Positions 24,413 to 36,183 of a DNA stretch of 64,000 bases are shown in pieces. Location: contig JAUCBJ010008257.1 of the NCBI GenBank assembly GCA_032718475.1, positions 7,624 to 71,623 on the forward strand. Reading direction: 5' to 3'. The position numbers and the translations under genes are program-made. This stretch comes from Nemertoderma westbladi (lineage: Eukaryota; Animalia; Xenacoelomorpha). Each line of letters begins with the position of its first letter. Position 1 is the stretch's first letter. Under the pieces are notes generated by a model, which had not been told where the DNA came from, did no database searches, and saw only the letters and a list, made by a program, of their open reading frames with translations.

Positions 24413-27400
24413 CTATAATCTAAAAGTTACTGTTTTCTTAATAACATTATTATTGCGATCGTCTAATTTTTGAGGTTTCACTACAGGCTTTATTCTATCT
24501 AGAGACAATGTTTCTTCACCTTTATGAATTTTAATTTTGACTGTTTTCGCTGTTTTACTAATTATTTCGTAAGGTCCTTTGTATAAAGGATTTAGTGAAG
24601 ATCGCTTAATAGGATCTCGAACCCACACGTGTGTAGCATTCTCAATCGATTGTGGAATGTATGATTTAGTCAAATGTTTTCTCTCTGGTGGGTTAAATTT
24701 ATCAACTTTACGGAATAAATTTTCAACAAAATTGGGCAACGTTTGGTGTAAGGTATTTGATTTAGGTAGAAAATATTGACCTGGGAGGAGTAATTCAGTT
24801 CCGTACATCAATTGGGCCGGAGAAAATCCATGTACTCCTATTGCGGATTGCAAACCTAAAAGCACTAAAGGTAGTTCTCTAAACCATGTTCTACTGCAAA
24901 ATTTTGCCCTAAGTGATGCTTTAAGACTCCTATGAAATCGTTCGACAAGGCCATTACAGGAAGGGTGATATGCAGTAGTACGTGCGCGATCAATTCCTAA
25001 TTGTGAAATCAGGGCGGAGAATAAAGCTGATTCAAATTGTGAACCACGGTCAGTAACTATTTTGCGGGGAATACCGAATCGACTTATCCAAGAATTTAAG
25101 AAAGCAGTAGCTACTGTATCTGCAGTTATATTTCTTAAAGGTACTACTTCGGGCCATCTGGTGTATCTATCTACCGCTGTGAATAAGTATTTATAACCAT
25201 TGGATGGAGGTAATGGACCTACGATATCTATATGTACGGTGTCTAACCTAGATGAAGTAGGTATTGTGTCTATTGGAGTTTTAATATGGCGTGTAATTTT
25301 ACAAGTTTGGCAATGCTGACATTCGTTAGCCCAAACTTTTACCTGCTTTTTAACACCTGGCCATATAAAACGAGCGGTAACTATATGTGACGATTCTTTG
25401 GGACCTGGATGGGATAAATTGTGAATACTGTCAAAAATTTGGCGTCTTAATGTCATCGGAATATATGGTCTTAGATGGGGCGTAGAGTCATCGTAAACTA
25501 CCTCTTTGTCGCCAAGAACTTTCACTCTTTTTAAAGGTAAATTAGTTGAGCGGAAAAATGATTGTAAGTCACTATCAGCTGATTGTGCGTCGGCTAATTC
25601 TTCCAAATTATCGAGTGAAATGGCACATATAGGACGAGAAAGGGCGTCAGCCACAATATTATCGGAACCAGAAACATGTTCAATCTTACTTGTGAACTCT
25701 GAAATGTACGATAACCATCTAGATTGTTGTGGCGAAGGATTTTTCATTGTTAAACTATGCACAAGAGGTTTATGGTCTGTAAAAATTGTTATTTCTTGGC
25801 CAAGTAACCAATCGTGTTGTTTTAATGCTGCATAAATTCCAAGAAGTTCTCGATCAAAAGCTGATTTTTTTGATTCTGCTGCTGTTAATTTTCTAGAATA
25901 GAAAGCTAATGGCTCTGCTCTCCCGTTAACCAACTGATGAATAACTGCACCTAACGCAATGGAAGAAGCATCTGTTGTTATACTTAGAGGTGCTCCTTTC
26001 AAAGGGAAAGACAGAGTTATTGACTTTTCTAAAGCACTTTTTAAATTGCTAAAGGCAAGTTGCGCATCTAAAGTAAGTTCAAAATTTTCGTTTTTGGACT
26101 TATTAATTTTTCTAGTGAGGTCGGTGAGTGGTGCAGCTATCAATGAAAAATTTGGTATGAATCGGTGGTAAAATCCACACATTCCTAAAAATCGACGCAA
26201 TGAAGAAATAGATTTAGGTTGTGGTACTTCTTTTATCGCTTGAATTTTGGATGGATTTGGAGAAACGCCATTTTTAGATATCACGTAACCTAAAAATTGC
26301 ACTTCAGTTTGAAAATATGAACACTTTGATATTTTGGCTGTCAAACCTTAACTCTCAAATCGTTTTAGTACTGCCTCCAGGTCCTTAAAATGTTGTTCGT
26401 TCTTCGTTTGCGATTAATATATCGTCAATGTAACCCACAGCAAAAGGTAAACCTGAAAGAGCAGTATCTATTAATCGTTGAAAGGTTTGGCTTGCGTTTT
26501 TGAGACCAAAAGGCATTCTTTTAAAACAAAACATACCAAAAGGTGTAGTAATAGCAGTTTTTTTACGTCATCATCCGCCATAGGAATTTGGTAAAAAGCT
26601 TTTTCGAGATCTATTTTTGTAAAGACGGTGCAGCCCCTAAAGTTATTGCTTATGTCTGCTATGTTTGGCATAGGATAGCAGTCATAAACAGTTTGCCGAT
26701 TTAAGCGACGATAATCACCACAATTTCTCCAAGTACCATCAGATTTTGGTACCATGTGCAACGGAGAACACCATGGCGAATCGCTGCGTTCTGCAATGCT
26801 ATTTTTAACTAAATTATTAAAATCGGAAGTTGCGGCGGTTAATTTTTCACCAAATAATCTACGCGGTCTAGAAAAACACGGAGGTCCGCTAGTGATTATA
26901 TGGTGTTCTATATTATGTTTTACTGGTTCGTTTTTACATCTCAGAGAGAAAACAGTATCATACTTATTTAACAATTTATTTAACCTTGTTTTGGTATTTG
27001 AATTGATTAAGTTAACTCTTGAAATTTCCTTATTAATTTCCTTACTTGAAACAGTTGAAATTGGAAACCAAAAATCAGACGATTTACTACTAATGTCTAC
27101 TTTGGGCGGTCCTGCATAACCAAATAGTTCATCACCAATTGTAAAACAATCCAATGTTAAACCTAATATCGCACCAGTACCAAATATAAAGAAGAAAGGT
27201 AAGGCAAATATGGATAACGGTAACTTGCTAACACAATATGCTAAAGGGTAAAAAATAGAGAGAATCATTAAAATCATCACTATTAGGTTTAAACGATTAT
27301 TCCTGCCACCAGTTACTGAAAATATATGTGGGGTTCTGGTTATGTTAGAAGTCGTACTGTAGATAAAGTTGGATTGATTCTGGTTGCTGATTTTTGAGGG

Positions 27401-28861
27401 TTGTTCTTGATTTTTATTGGGTTTATTGTTTTCGTTTTGAATCGACATTTTCATTGGAGTTTTGAAATATATTTGTTTACTCGCACAATCAATATTGATA
27501 TTATTGTGTCGGAGAAAATCAATTCCAAGAATGGGTTGTGTTACGTCTGCCACTATGAAATTCCAAGTAAATGTTTCCTTTCTAAGGGTTGGAATATAAA
27601 ATTCAAGTATTCCGCTCCCATAATTTCGTATTTCAGAATAATTAGCTGCTTTCAACAGGACATTATTCTGGGATTTATTTTTCAGAAGGGATTGGAATTT
27701 CTGGGGTAATATAGAATAACCACTGCCAGAATCAATTAGAAATTCTCCTACCGGTAAAGCTTCTACGTGAATATTACAAATATCACTACCACCGGTATTA
27801 TTGTTTTCATTATTACTGTCAGAGTTACCTGGATTTCCACAACGTCGGTTTGTTAGATTGCGCCATGAACAGGGCGGTCGACACGTGGATGCTTCTCTGC
27901 CATAAGTGTAATGGTAGTAACACCAGGCTCCATTTGGGTTGTATTCTCGAGATTGGGAGCGAGAATGTGAGCGCTGACGATGAGGTGTTGCTGAACGATA
28001 ACCAGAGCGTGATGAGTTGTATCGAGAAGGGTAACGATCTCCATCTCGGCGTGTTGAGAGGTCTCTTAGTTGCGTGTTTATCTGTGAAATTTGATCAGCG
28101 AGTGACTTCTGAGATTGGACAAGGATCTTTTGCGACTCCTGGAGCATGTTGATTTCAGTCTGATGATGGATTGGTGCGGATAAACTAGTTGACGATTGGG
28201 AATCCTGTTGCTCAATCATTTTATCAGCAACATCACCCATTTGTTCCAGTGAAAGACCACTCAAAGTTGTTAGAACTATACTAACCGAGGATGGTAAGAT
28301 TTCTAGAAAACGCAAACGGACGATTTGTTCATTTGCTGGTGCTAGGCGCAGCATTTGCCGCAGGGCTGCTGAAGGCTTTCTGTCACCAAGCTCTTGAGCT
28401 GCAAGTAATTTACGCAGGCGTTTGTTGTCGCTGTCAGCCAAATGAGTTATTATATTATCTTTAATCGTCTCGAAAGTATCACTGAGGTTGACTCCAGCAT
28501 CCAATATTGTTTCTGTTGGCAAAGCAGCCAACAAATTGGATCTCATTGCTGCAGCTGGGTGTCCTTCAAGCACGGCTTCCACTTGTTGGAACCATACTCT
28601 AGCGTCTTTCTCATAGAATTCGGGTAGTTTTACCTTTTGTGGATACGAATGTGGTGTTTGCGGATGAGGTACTGATGGCTGTAGAACCGTTTGACTCTTC
28701 TGTATATGCGACAGAAGAATCTTAATTGCGACAGGATTCTCTTTGCTGAGTTCATCGATCATGTCGGCTTTCTTGTCGGGTAGCGAGTAGTTGGGATCTG
28801 AACTGTTCAGTTGCTGGAGGACTTCAGCCAGATCAGCCTTACGGTAAGCAGTGAAAGACAT
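24413..28861 (-). pseudogene. gag-pol polyprotein, disrupted in RT (two frameshifts and one stop between about 26345 and 26565)
   Basis: Gag (VKLPEFYEKDARVWFQQVE, CHCC), PR (FLIDSGS), RT (SPLHMVPK..GTWR.CGDYRRLN, YIDDILIA in a shifted frame), RH (TDAS, DRELL, TDHKPL, ADALSR), IN (H..SHPG, CQHC, DIVGP, TDRGSQF, ERFH, GPY). Confidence 0.92.
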
Positions 28862-28900
28862 TGGACAATTGCAACTAATTTATTTAAAAAAAAAAGAAAG

Positions 28901-28918
28901 ATCTCGTCTGGGTCACCA
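28901..28918 (-). promoter_or_regulatory. Primer-binding site, tRNA-Trp type
   Basis: TGGTGACCCAGACGAGAT, 2 nt after the 5' LTR; 16/18 match to the canonical complement of the tRNA-Trp 3' end (TGGTGACCCCGACGTGAT). Confidence 0.85.
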
Positions 28919-28920
28919 AA

Positions 28921-29141
28921 TGTGAGGATTACTCACAGGATCAGAAAACAATTACTGTAGTTTACTATAGTTCATATATTAATTAATTCTTCTTCATCGT
29001 TATGCATACTGTCCTACTACCTCTAACTGCACAGCTGTGTAACATACAATTATCTCCTACTGCACAGCTGACTAATCAGTTGTATATTATAATTAATCAA
29101 TATAATTAATCTGATTAAATTACATATTGGTTACTCTAACA
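28921..29141 (-). repeat. 5' LTR
   Basis: Identical to 24048-24268; followed by the PBS on the minus strand. Confidence 0.95.
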
Positions 29142-30099
29142 GGGAGAGTACTGACTCAGCTGTTACACCACACAAATGCACTGGCAGGGAGAGTACTGGC
29201 TCAGCTGTTACACCACACAAATACACTCATAGGGAGAGTAGACCTACTGGCTCAGCTGTTACACCACACAAATACACTGACAGGGAGAGCACTGGCTCAG
29301 CTGTTGCACCACACAAATACACTCATAGGGAGAGTAGGCCTACTGGCTCAGCTGTTACACCACACAAATACACTGACAGGGAGAGTACTGGCTCAGCTGT
29401 TACACCACACAAATACACTCATAGGGAGAGTAGGCCTACTGGCTCAGCTGTTACACCATACAAATACACTGACAGGGAGAGTACTGGCGCAGCTGTTACA
29501 CCACACAAATACACTCATAGGGAGAGTAGGCCTACTGGCTCAGCTGTTACACCACACAAATACACTGACAGGGAGAGTACTGGCTCAGCTGTTACACCAC
29601 ACAAATACGCTGACAGGGAGAGTACTGGCTCAGCTGTTACACCACACAAATACACTGACAGGGAGAGTACTGGCTCAGCTGTTACACCACACAAATACAC
29701 TGACAGGGAGAGTGCTGGCTCAGCTGTTACACCACACAAATACACGATAGGGAGAGTACTGACTCAGCTGTTACACCACACAAATGCACTGGCAGGGAGA
29801 GTACTGGCTCAGCTGTTACACCACACAAATACACTCATAGGGAGAGTAGACCTACTGGCTCAGCTGTTACACCACACAAATACACTGACAGGGAGAGCAC
29901 TGGCTCAGCTGTTACACCACACAAATACACTCATAGGGAGAGTAGGCCTACTGGCTCAGCTGTTACACCACACAAATACACTGACAGGGAGAGCACTGGC
30001 TCAGCTGTTACACCACACAAATACACTGACAGGGACAGTACTGGCTCAGCTGTTACACCACACAAATACACTGACAGGGAGAGTACTGGCTCAGCTGTT
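29142..30099. repeat. 45/51-bp satellite (right part)
   Basis: Same unit, resuming in register after the TSD. Confidence 0.95.
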
Positions 30100-30144
30100 T
30101 TGGGTTGACCGGAACGACGCTTTTCGTGGTGTATTCATATATAC

Positions 30145-30278
30145 AGAGTTATTGCAGAAGGGGAAGGGTCTTTCACCACGAGGATATAAATAATTTTTCT
30201 TTAATAAAAAAATAAATAATTATTTTTTGTTATTTATATCCACGTGGTGAAAGACCCTTCCCCTTCTGCAATAACTCT
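30145..30278. repeat. Long inverted repeat (about 49-bp arms, AT-rich spacer)
   Basis: AGAGTTATTGCAGAAGGGGAAGGGTCTTTCACCACG-A-GGATATAAATAA ... TTATTTATATCC-A-CGTGGTGAAAGACCCTTCCCCTTCTGCAATAACTCT. Confidence 0.9.
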
Positions 30279-30766
30279 TTGAGAGTTCTGGCTCAGCCCT
30301 CAGCTGTTACAAATGCACTGACAGGGAGAGTACTGGCTCAGCAGTTAATTAACAAAGTAGACTATCATAATATAATGATATCATGTTAGACAACCACGAC
30401 TTTAGAGGGATTGTGATATTAATATGAAAACAATAAAATAGGACATGGGGTCTTATTTGGCTAGGTAGTATCTGAGGGAATACGACCCCATGTCCTATTT
30501 TTATTGTTTTCATAATAATAGAATGATGGTACGGCAGGGAAGGCCGTGTAATAATATTACTAATAATTATAATATGGCTCATATTACAAGTGCGCCACAA
30601 TTAAACTTATTGAAATAATATCGAATTTTAAATGTTTAAAATTAATATTGTACTAAAATATAGACCAGATTGTAGCCTATTGAGAGATTCACACATAAAC
30701 CGTTAACTTTCAAAATGAACTTAGTCCTATTCTATCTCATTCTCTTCCTATTCTATCAAAAGCGTC

Positions 30767-30905
30767 AAAATCAAAATATATTGATTTTCGTGCGCGTAAA
30801 AATCAAAATATATTGATTTTTGTGCGCGTAAAAATCAAAATATATTGATTTTCGTGCGCGTAAAAATCAAAATATATTGATTTTTGTGCGCGTAAAAATC
30901 AAAAT
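30767..30905. repeat. 32-bp tandem repeat, about 4.3 copies
   Basis: AAAATCAAAATATATTGATTTTYGTGCGCGTA at 32-bp spacing. Confidence 0.85.
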
Positions 30906-31539
30906 AAACTTATTTTATGAGCGTATTAAATGGGTGCACAAAAAACAAAGTTCATTTTGATGTTTACGCGCGCAAAAATGAAGTTTAGTTTGATTTTTAT
31001 GCTCTACCTAACAACCAATCGTTTGAGGGCAGTTGAACTGTAGTTTTTGTAAGATACCTCACTCAGACAGTGCTAAAAACTACGTTTTGCATTTAGTTTT
31101 GTGTGTAATACTGTCGAGGTGATAATATTCATTTTTTTGTGTGTCATAAAGGATAGGTAAAATTATAACTCGAATATATTTACACAATGGGTATGCTATG
31201 CCATAGGGTCATTAGTTGTTAGTAAACCATGCTGGATCATTAATAAGTTTTAGCCATAAGTGTGTCATTTCCAAGAAATTTAAAACGGTTTGAATTGGTT
31301 TAAATAATTTTTTATTTGGGTGATTATTAATCATTTATGGGAAAAGAGAGAGAGAGAGAGAGTGGGGGGGGGGGGGGGGGGGGGGGTCTCGCGTCACAAT
31401 TAAAAGCTTATATATTTACCTAATTATGAATTTAATTTTAAATTTCGAAGCCTATAGATTAAGTCGTAACGATACGCAGACTAAACCTATTTATTTGCAC
31501 AATTCTTTCACCAAAATAATCCCAATACAATAAATAGTT

Positions 31540-33039
31540 CTAACAATCCAACCGGCAAATCGGGTTATTGTAGATCATTTGAAGATCAACTTTATGCCCG
31601 ACGAGATCGCGAATGTTATTGATGCCGTATTTAATCATGGTGGGTCGTTCCAAAGAGAGACCCCAGGCGATAACAGACACATCCTCGGGTAGACCCATAG
31701 GTAACAGCATCTCGGGACGAAAGACCCCGGAATTCCCGACCTCTACCCACTTACCCAACCCGTTATGGTACGAGAAGACTTCCATAGAGGGCTCGGTGTA
31801 CGGGTTGTACGCCGGTTTAAAACGAAGTTGCTCTATTCCTAGTTTCTTAAAGAACTCTTGTAGAAGACCCATGAGGTCTCCTAGGGTTAGGTTGTAATCT
31901 GCAACTAGACCTTCTATCTGGTGGAATTCTGCGAGATGGGTCGCGTCTAGGGTCTCATTTCGGAAGACCCTGTCGATACTGAAGTATTTAGCCGGAGTGA
32001 AACCCCCTGGTTGGTTGGCGAGGTTGTATAGCATGCGAGCCGAGGTACCGGTGGTGTGAGTACGAAGGATGTTCTTACGGGCCTCGTCCAGTCGCCACGG
32101 GGACTGGTAGCCCAGGGAGCCGTAGCCCCCCTCCGAGTGGACCGAGGCGACGCGAGCGAGGTAGGCGGGGGGCAGCGAGTCGACCGGGGTGGTCGCGGGG
32201 TCCGCGAGGAAGAATGTGTCGTGTTGGTCGCGGGCCGGGTGCAACTGCGGTTGGAACAACGCGTCGAAGTTCCAGAAGGAGGAATCCACGAACGCGTTAG
32301 TCGGCATCTCCGAGAATCCCATCTCCAGGAAGATCTGCCGGAACTGGGTGCGAACCTTTAGCAAAGGGTGTAGATGTCCCCCGGACACTGGGAGTCCGAG
32401 CGCGTCGAAGTTGTACGGCTTGAATCGGAGATTTTTCCACGCGCCGGATGCAATCATCTCCGGAGATAAATCGGTTTCCGGGCGAACGGGATTCAAGGTG
32501 AATTCGGATCCTTTACTAACCGAATACGATTTAGTTTCGATTTGTTTTATCAACTTTCTTCTCTTCAAATCGTTAAGTTTTTTATCATCAATAACCCCAT
32601 CGATACTCGTTGATTGCAATTGTTCTAGAATAACTTTGACGTCATCTGTTACCTCTCCGGTTTTCCGGTGTATTACCGCGTCGCCTGACGATTTATCCAC
32701 TCGGAGCCATTTATTGGCCAACGCTTTAGATAAACCTATTTTACCGTTCGGTAGACTTTCCAATTGTTTTTGAGGAATTCCGCCAGTTTCTGGGACTTTA
32801 TTAAATATGTTAAACTCGTGGGAACCACCAGTAATGATATCGCTTCCCTCACCCGTAACCACCCATTGTCTCCGGTTTATTTGCTCGCTTTTCACGATGT
32901 CCCCCAACGATTGCAAACTCTTCACTGTCCCCACCACTAACTGATGATCAACCCCTTCTTTATTAGCGAAGTCGGAGGTATTCAGTTCAAGTCCTTCTGA
33001 TAGAGAATTCAGGATAAGTTCTTCCAAACTGCCAGACAT
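31540..33039 (-). CDS. FARSA: Cytosolic phenylalanyl-tRNA synthetase alpha subunit, intronless
   Basis: 499 aa; [99 protein letters not shown]. Confidence 0.97.
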   Translation of the reverse strand: MSGSLEELILNSLSEGLELNTSDFANKEGVDHQLVVGTVKSLQSLGDIVKSEQINRRQWVVTGEGSDIITGGSHEFNIFNKVPETGGIPQKQLESLPNGKIGLSKALANKWLRVDKSSGDAVIHRKTGEVTDDVKVILEQLQSTSIDGVIDDKKLNDLKRRKLIKQIETKSYSVSKGSEFTLNPVRPETDLSPEMIASGAWKNLRFKPYNFDALGLPVSGGHLHPLLKVRTQFRQIFLEMGFSEMPTNAFVDSSFWNFDALFQPQLHPARDQHDTFFLADPATTPVDSLPPAYLARVASVHSEGGYGSLGYQSPWRLDEARKNILRTHTTGTSARMLYNLANQPGGFTPAKYFSIDRVFRNETLDATHLAEFHQIEGLVADYNLTLGDLMGLLQEFFKKLGIEQLRFKPAYNPYTEPSMEVFSYHNGLGKWVEVGNSGVFRPEMLLPMGLPEDVSVIAWGLSLERPTMIKYGINNIRDLVGHKVDLQMIYNNPICRLDC

Positions 33040-33949
33040 TTTCTATGATTAGTCCGTTAGTGGGAACTCCTTTAATTGAGACGATTTCTTATTAGAAGAG
33101 TCTTATTACTGTATTACGGGATAGGACATGGGATAACAATTGCAATATTTCATATAATTAACTGAATAATACTGTAATACCTGTACCGGTAAGTGCTGAA
33201 GGGTGAATGGGTGAATACAGCAAGGAAGTGTTACATCAACAACAACGGTTTAGTGTAATAGATTCACATTCCATTGTTACAGATTCCATTGTTGTTCTAA
33301 TTGAGGTTGCAGACGTTACGCATACTGCGCGCTTTCGCACCCCCATGGCCTACTATAACAGTAGTAGGTCTGTTATAGTCACCATTAATAATTAATATAA
33401 GAAAAATGTTTTTAACAGATCGGAACCAATCCTCTAACTGTAATTACTTTTATATTATGAAATGCTACGAAGTTTGGTTTGGAATGATAGATCGACACAG
33501 TTTCTCCTGCTGGCTCGGACGTATTATTCAATTTTTTAATATTTTATTCAATTGAATATTTGTTCAATTTATTCAATTTCCAAACCGATTACTCTAGCGG
33601 GAGACTTTAATTTTAGACAAGTAGACTGGACGTAAACCAAACAAGACGGGAGCTACGAGCTACAGTACTATACAATTGGTTACTTGGTGCTGGGTTATAT
33701 TGGGACACAGTACAGTGACCCTATAACAATACCGACCTACATCTCATATGATGAAAGCAGTGTGCCAGCGTGCTGATAGACCTGTCTTTCACATCAGAAT
33801 CATATCACAACAAAAATAATCTTTCACATCATACATATCTATCCAATCATAGTAGACTGACATGTACAGAACAACAAGAGTCCCAAAAGAAATGAAAACA
33901 AATAAAGGTGGTGCCAGTTCCCAAGAAGGGCAACATAACACTCTAGAGG

Positions 33950-35325
33950 GTTCTTTTCGGGGAATCTCATTAATCTCGATTGCTGCAAAGCTATACAATA
34001 GAATTCTATTAAATCGTATCAGGGATCCCATTGAGAGACTGCTCCGTGAAAATCAGAATGGGTTCCGTAAAGGTCGTGGGACCATGGAGCCCATTTACTG
34101 TAGAAGGATAATGGAAGATTTATCAAAAAAGAAAGACAGGTATATGGCTGTTATCTTTGTTGACTTCTTCAAGGCCTTTGATTCAGTCTCTCGCTCACGT
34201 ATGTTCAGCATACTTTCTTCATTATATGGGATTCCTGATGAAATTATTGCAGCAATCAGATCAGTATACGATGATGGTTCGACAACATTTGTGTCTACTG
34301 TTGACGGCGACACAGAACCATTTGAAGTGTTCTGGGGTGTCCTTCAGGGAGATACACTTGCGCCATTCTTGTTCATACTTGTGGTTGACTATGTTCTGCG
34401 CATGTCCTTAGATCATCATAATGATGATGGGGTGATGGTAATTCCACATACTCGCTCCAGAAGTTGAGGTATTCCTGCCAAGTACCTAACTGATCGAGAC
34501 TTTGATGATGACTTAGGAGTAGGCCTACTCTCAGAATCACTAGAGGGAGCCCAACGGCTCCTCGGCTCATTAGAACAGCCTGCTTCTAGTGTTGGTCTTT
34601 TCATAACTCCAAAAAGACCAAAATTTTGACAGTTAACTTTGAAAGTCCTCAGCAAGTCTCTGACCGGATGAGCATAGGCTCAAAGCATGGTATGCTTGAG
34701 CATTTGGACGACTTCTGTTACCTGGGATCATGGATCCGGAAGTCAGATGAGGACCTTCGAATGCGTAAGGGAAATGCATGGGTAGCCGTGAATAGTCTTT
34801 CCAGGATTTGGAAGTCATATAGTATTAATCGGAAACATAAGGTCCGATTATTTAGAGCAGCAGTAGTTCCAGTACTCCCCTATGGGAGTCCATGCTGGGC
34901 TCTAACTGCTGAGGACACCAAATCTCTGGATGGCACATTTACAAGAATGCTACGCCGGGTTCATTGTGTCAAGTACAATGCACACATCTCCAACCAGAAA
35001 CTATATAACATTGGAGGTGTCTCATTGGTTCCTCCTAGCTTGACACTAGAACAAAGTCGCCTCCGCTTTGCAGGACATTGCTTTCGCCGTGAGGACCAGC
35101 CAGTGCATAATCTTGTACTTTGGCAGCCTCATGGAGTGAATAAGCATGGTGGACAGCCCATTAATTTCTTGAGACGCATCTTAAAGGACACTGGCCTTGA
35201 AGATGCGGATGATTTAGCAAATCTCATGGGTGATAGGGAGTTGTTGCGGCGCAATTTTGTCGACAAGCCGGCACAGCATTCTTAAAAAGGCAGCTGCAAT
35301 GCAGCATGCCGATCCTAGTAGTAGT
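33950..35325 (+). mobile_element. RTE-clade LINE, 5'-truncated, degenerate RT
   Basis: RGISLISIAAKLYNRILL...QNGFRKGR, FVDFFKAFDS, GVLQGDTLAPFLF, DFCYLGSWI, RLRFAGHC; stops and frameshifts; AGT tail. Confidence 0.92.
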
Positions 35326-35724
35326 ACATCATAATCAATACTGCCCTCTACATCGACGTCGGTACTACGACAACAGTTAATAGTAAACACATGCGCACTC
35401 TGTTTGAGTTGGCCTTGGACACATGCTACCAAGAGAGAAACACCCGTCAACCTACGATAAGAAAGAAATCTGGACTATGGAAAACTTACAGATCTCACAT
35501 GATTGATTGATTGATTGATTCGTTTTAAATCCTGTACAAGATATCCTATACATGATAAGCATACGACATTCTGTACCGGTACTACAATTAAGCATTCAAT
35601 TTAAATCTATAATTAAACCGTAAAAAATAATTAATTATAGCAACTTTCAATAAACGGTATGCAGTTCATGTTAAAACGGGATACAGTTCTTAAGTTAGAT
35701 CAAAATATAAATAATCATAATTAA

Positions 35725-35916
35725 TTAATTGTAGGTTGATTCTCTATTATATGATTCACTAAAACGTTGAGTTCGTATAGCTGGTAAAATATATTCACTT
35801 CTGGTAGCAGGAACTGATTTGTTAATCACAAGCTGTTCGTGTTCATGTAGTGGGTGGTTCGAATCCTGTACAATTTTATTTACAAAATCGACATAATTGC
35901 TTTTCAAAGGCAACAT
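35725..35916 (-). mobile_element. CR1/L2-group LINE C-terminal remnant
   Basis: IVQDSNHPLH...RTQRFSES resembles the HPLH...RT.RF..SF motif at the end of L2/CR1-group ORF2. Confidence 0.45.
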
Positions 35917-36183
35917 GAATTAACGAAATATAGAGGTTCTTGTCGGGTTGCAGCCGAGGATTAGAACTCACAGACTTCACCAAATTATTCTCGCAGGGTG
36001 AACCACCTCAAATCCCAACCATTGATGAAAAGTGTACGCTTGACGAAACATTAATATTAATTAATTTATAATTATATTATAATACTTACGCTACAATAAT
36101 ATAATAATATATACTATAATATACTTAATACCAGCCCCCCCCCCCCCCCCCCCAGCCGGCAATTTCGAGGGAAAAAAAGGAGA

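Larger units (their letters stand above)
24048..29141 (-). mobile_element. Full-length Ty3/Gypsy LTR retrotransposon, CsRN1 clade
   Basis: Identical 221-bp TG...CA LTRs, GGGAG TSD (24043-24047; 29142-29146), tRNA-Trp-type PBS, PPT, Gag CHCC motif CYYHYTYGREASTCRPPC, domain order PR-RT-RH-IN. Confidence 0.95.

Noticed and set aside
22515-30099. CRISPR-like array
   Set aside because: Units are head-to-tail with no unique spacers, there are no cas genes, and the context is eukaryotic.
30100-30280. Hammerhead ribozyme / Penelope pLTR
   Set aside because: No CUGANGA...GAAA core in the correct stem arrangement on either strand.
32056-32773. Plus-strand ORFs of 101 and 194 aa
   Set aside because: Antisense shadows of the GC-rich part of FARSA.
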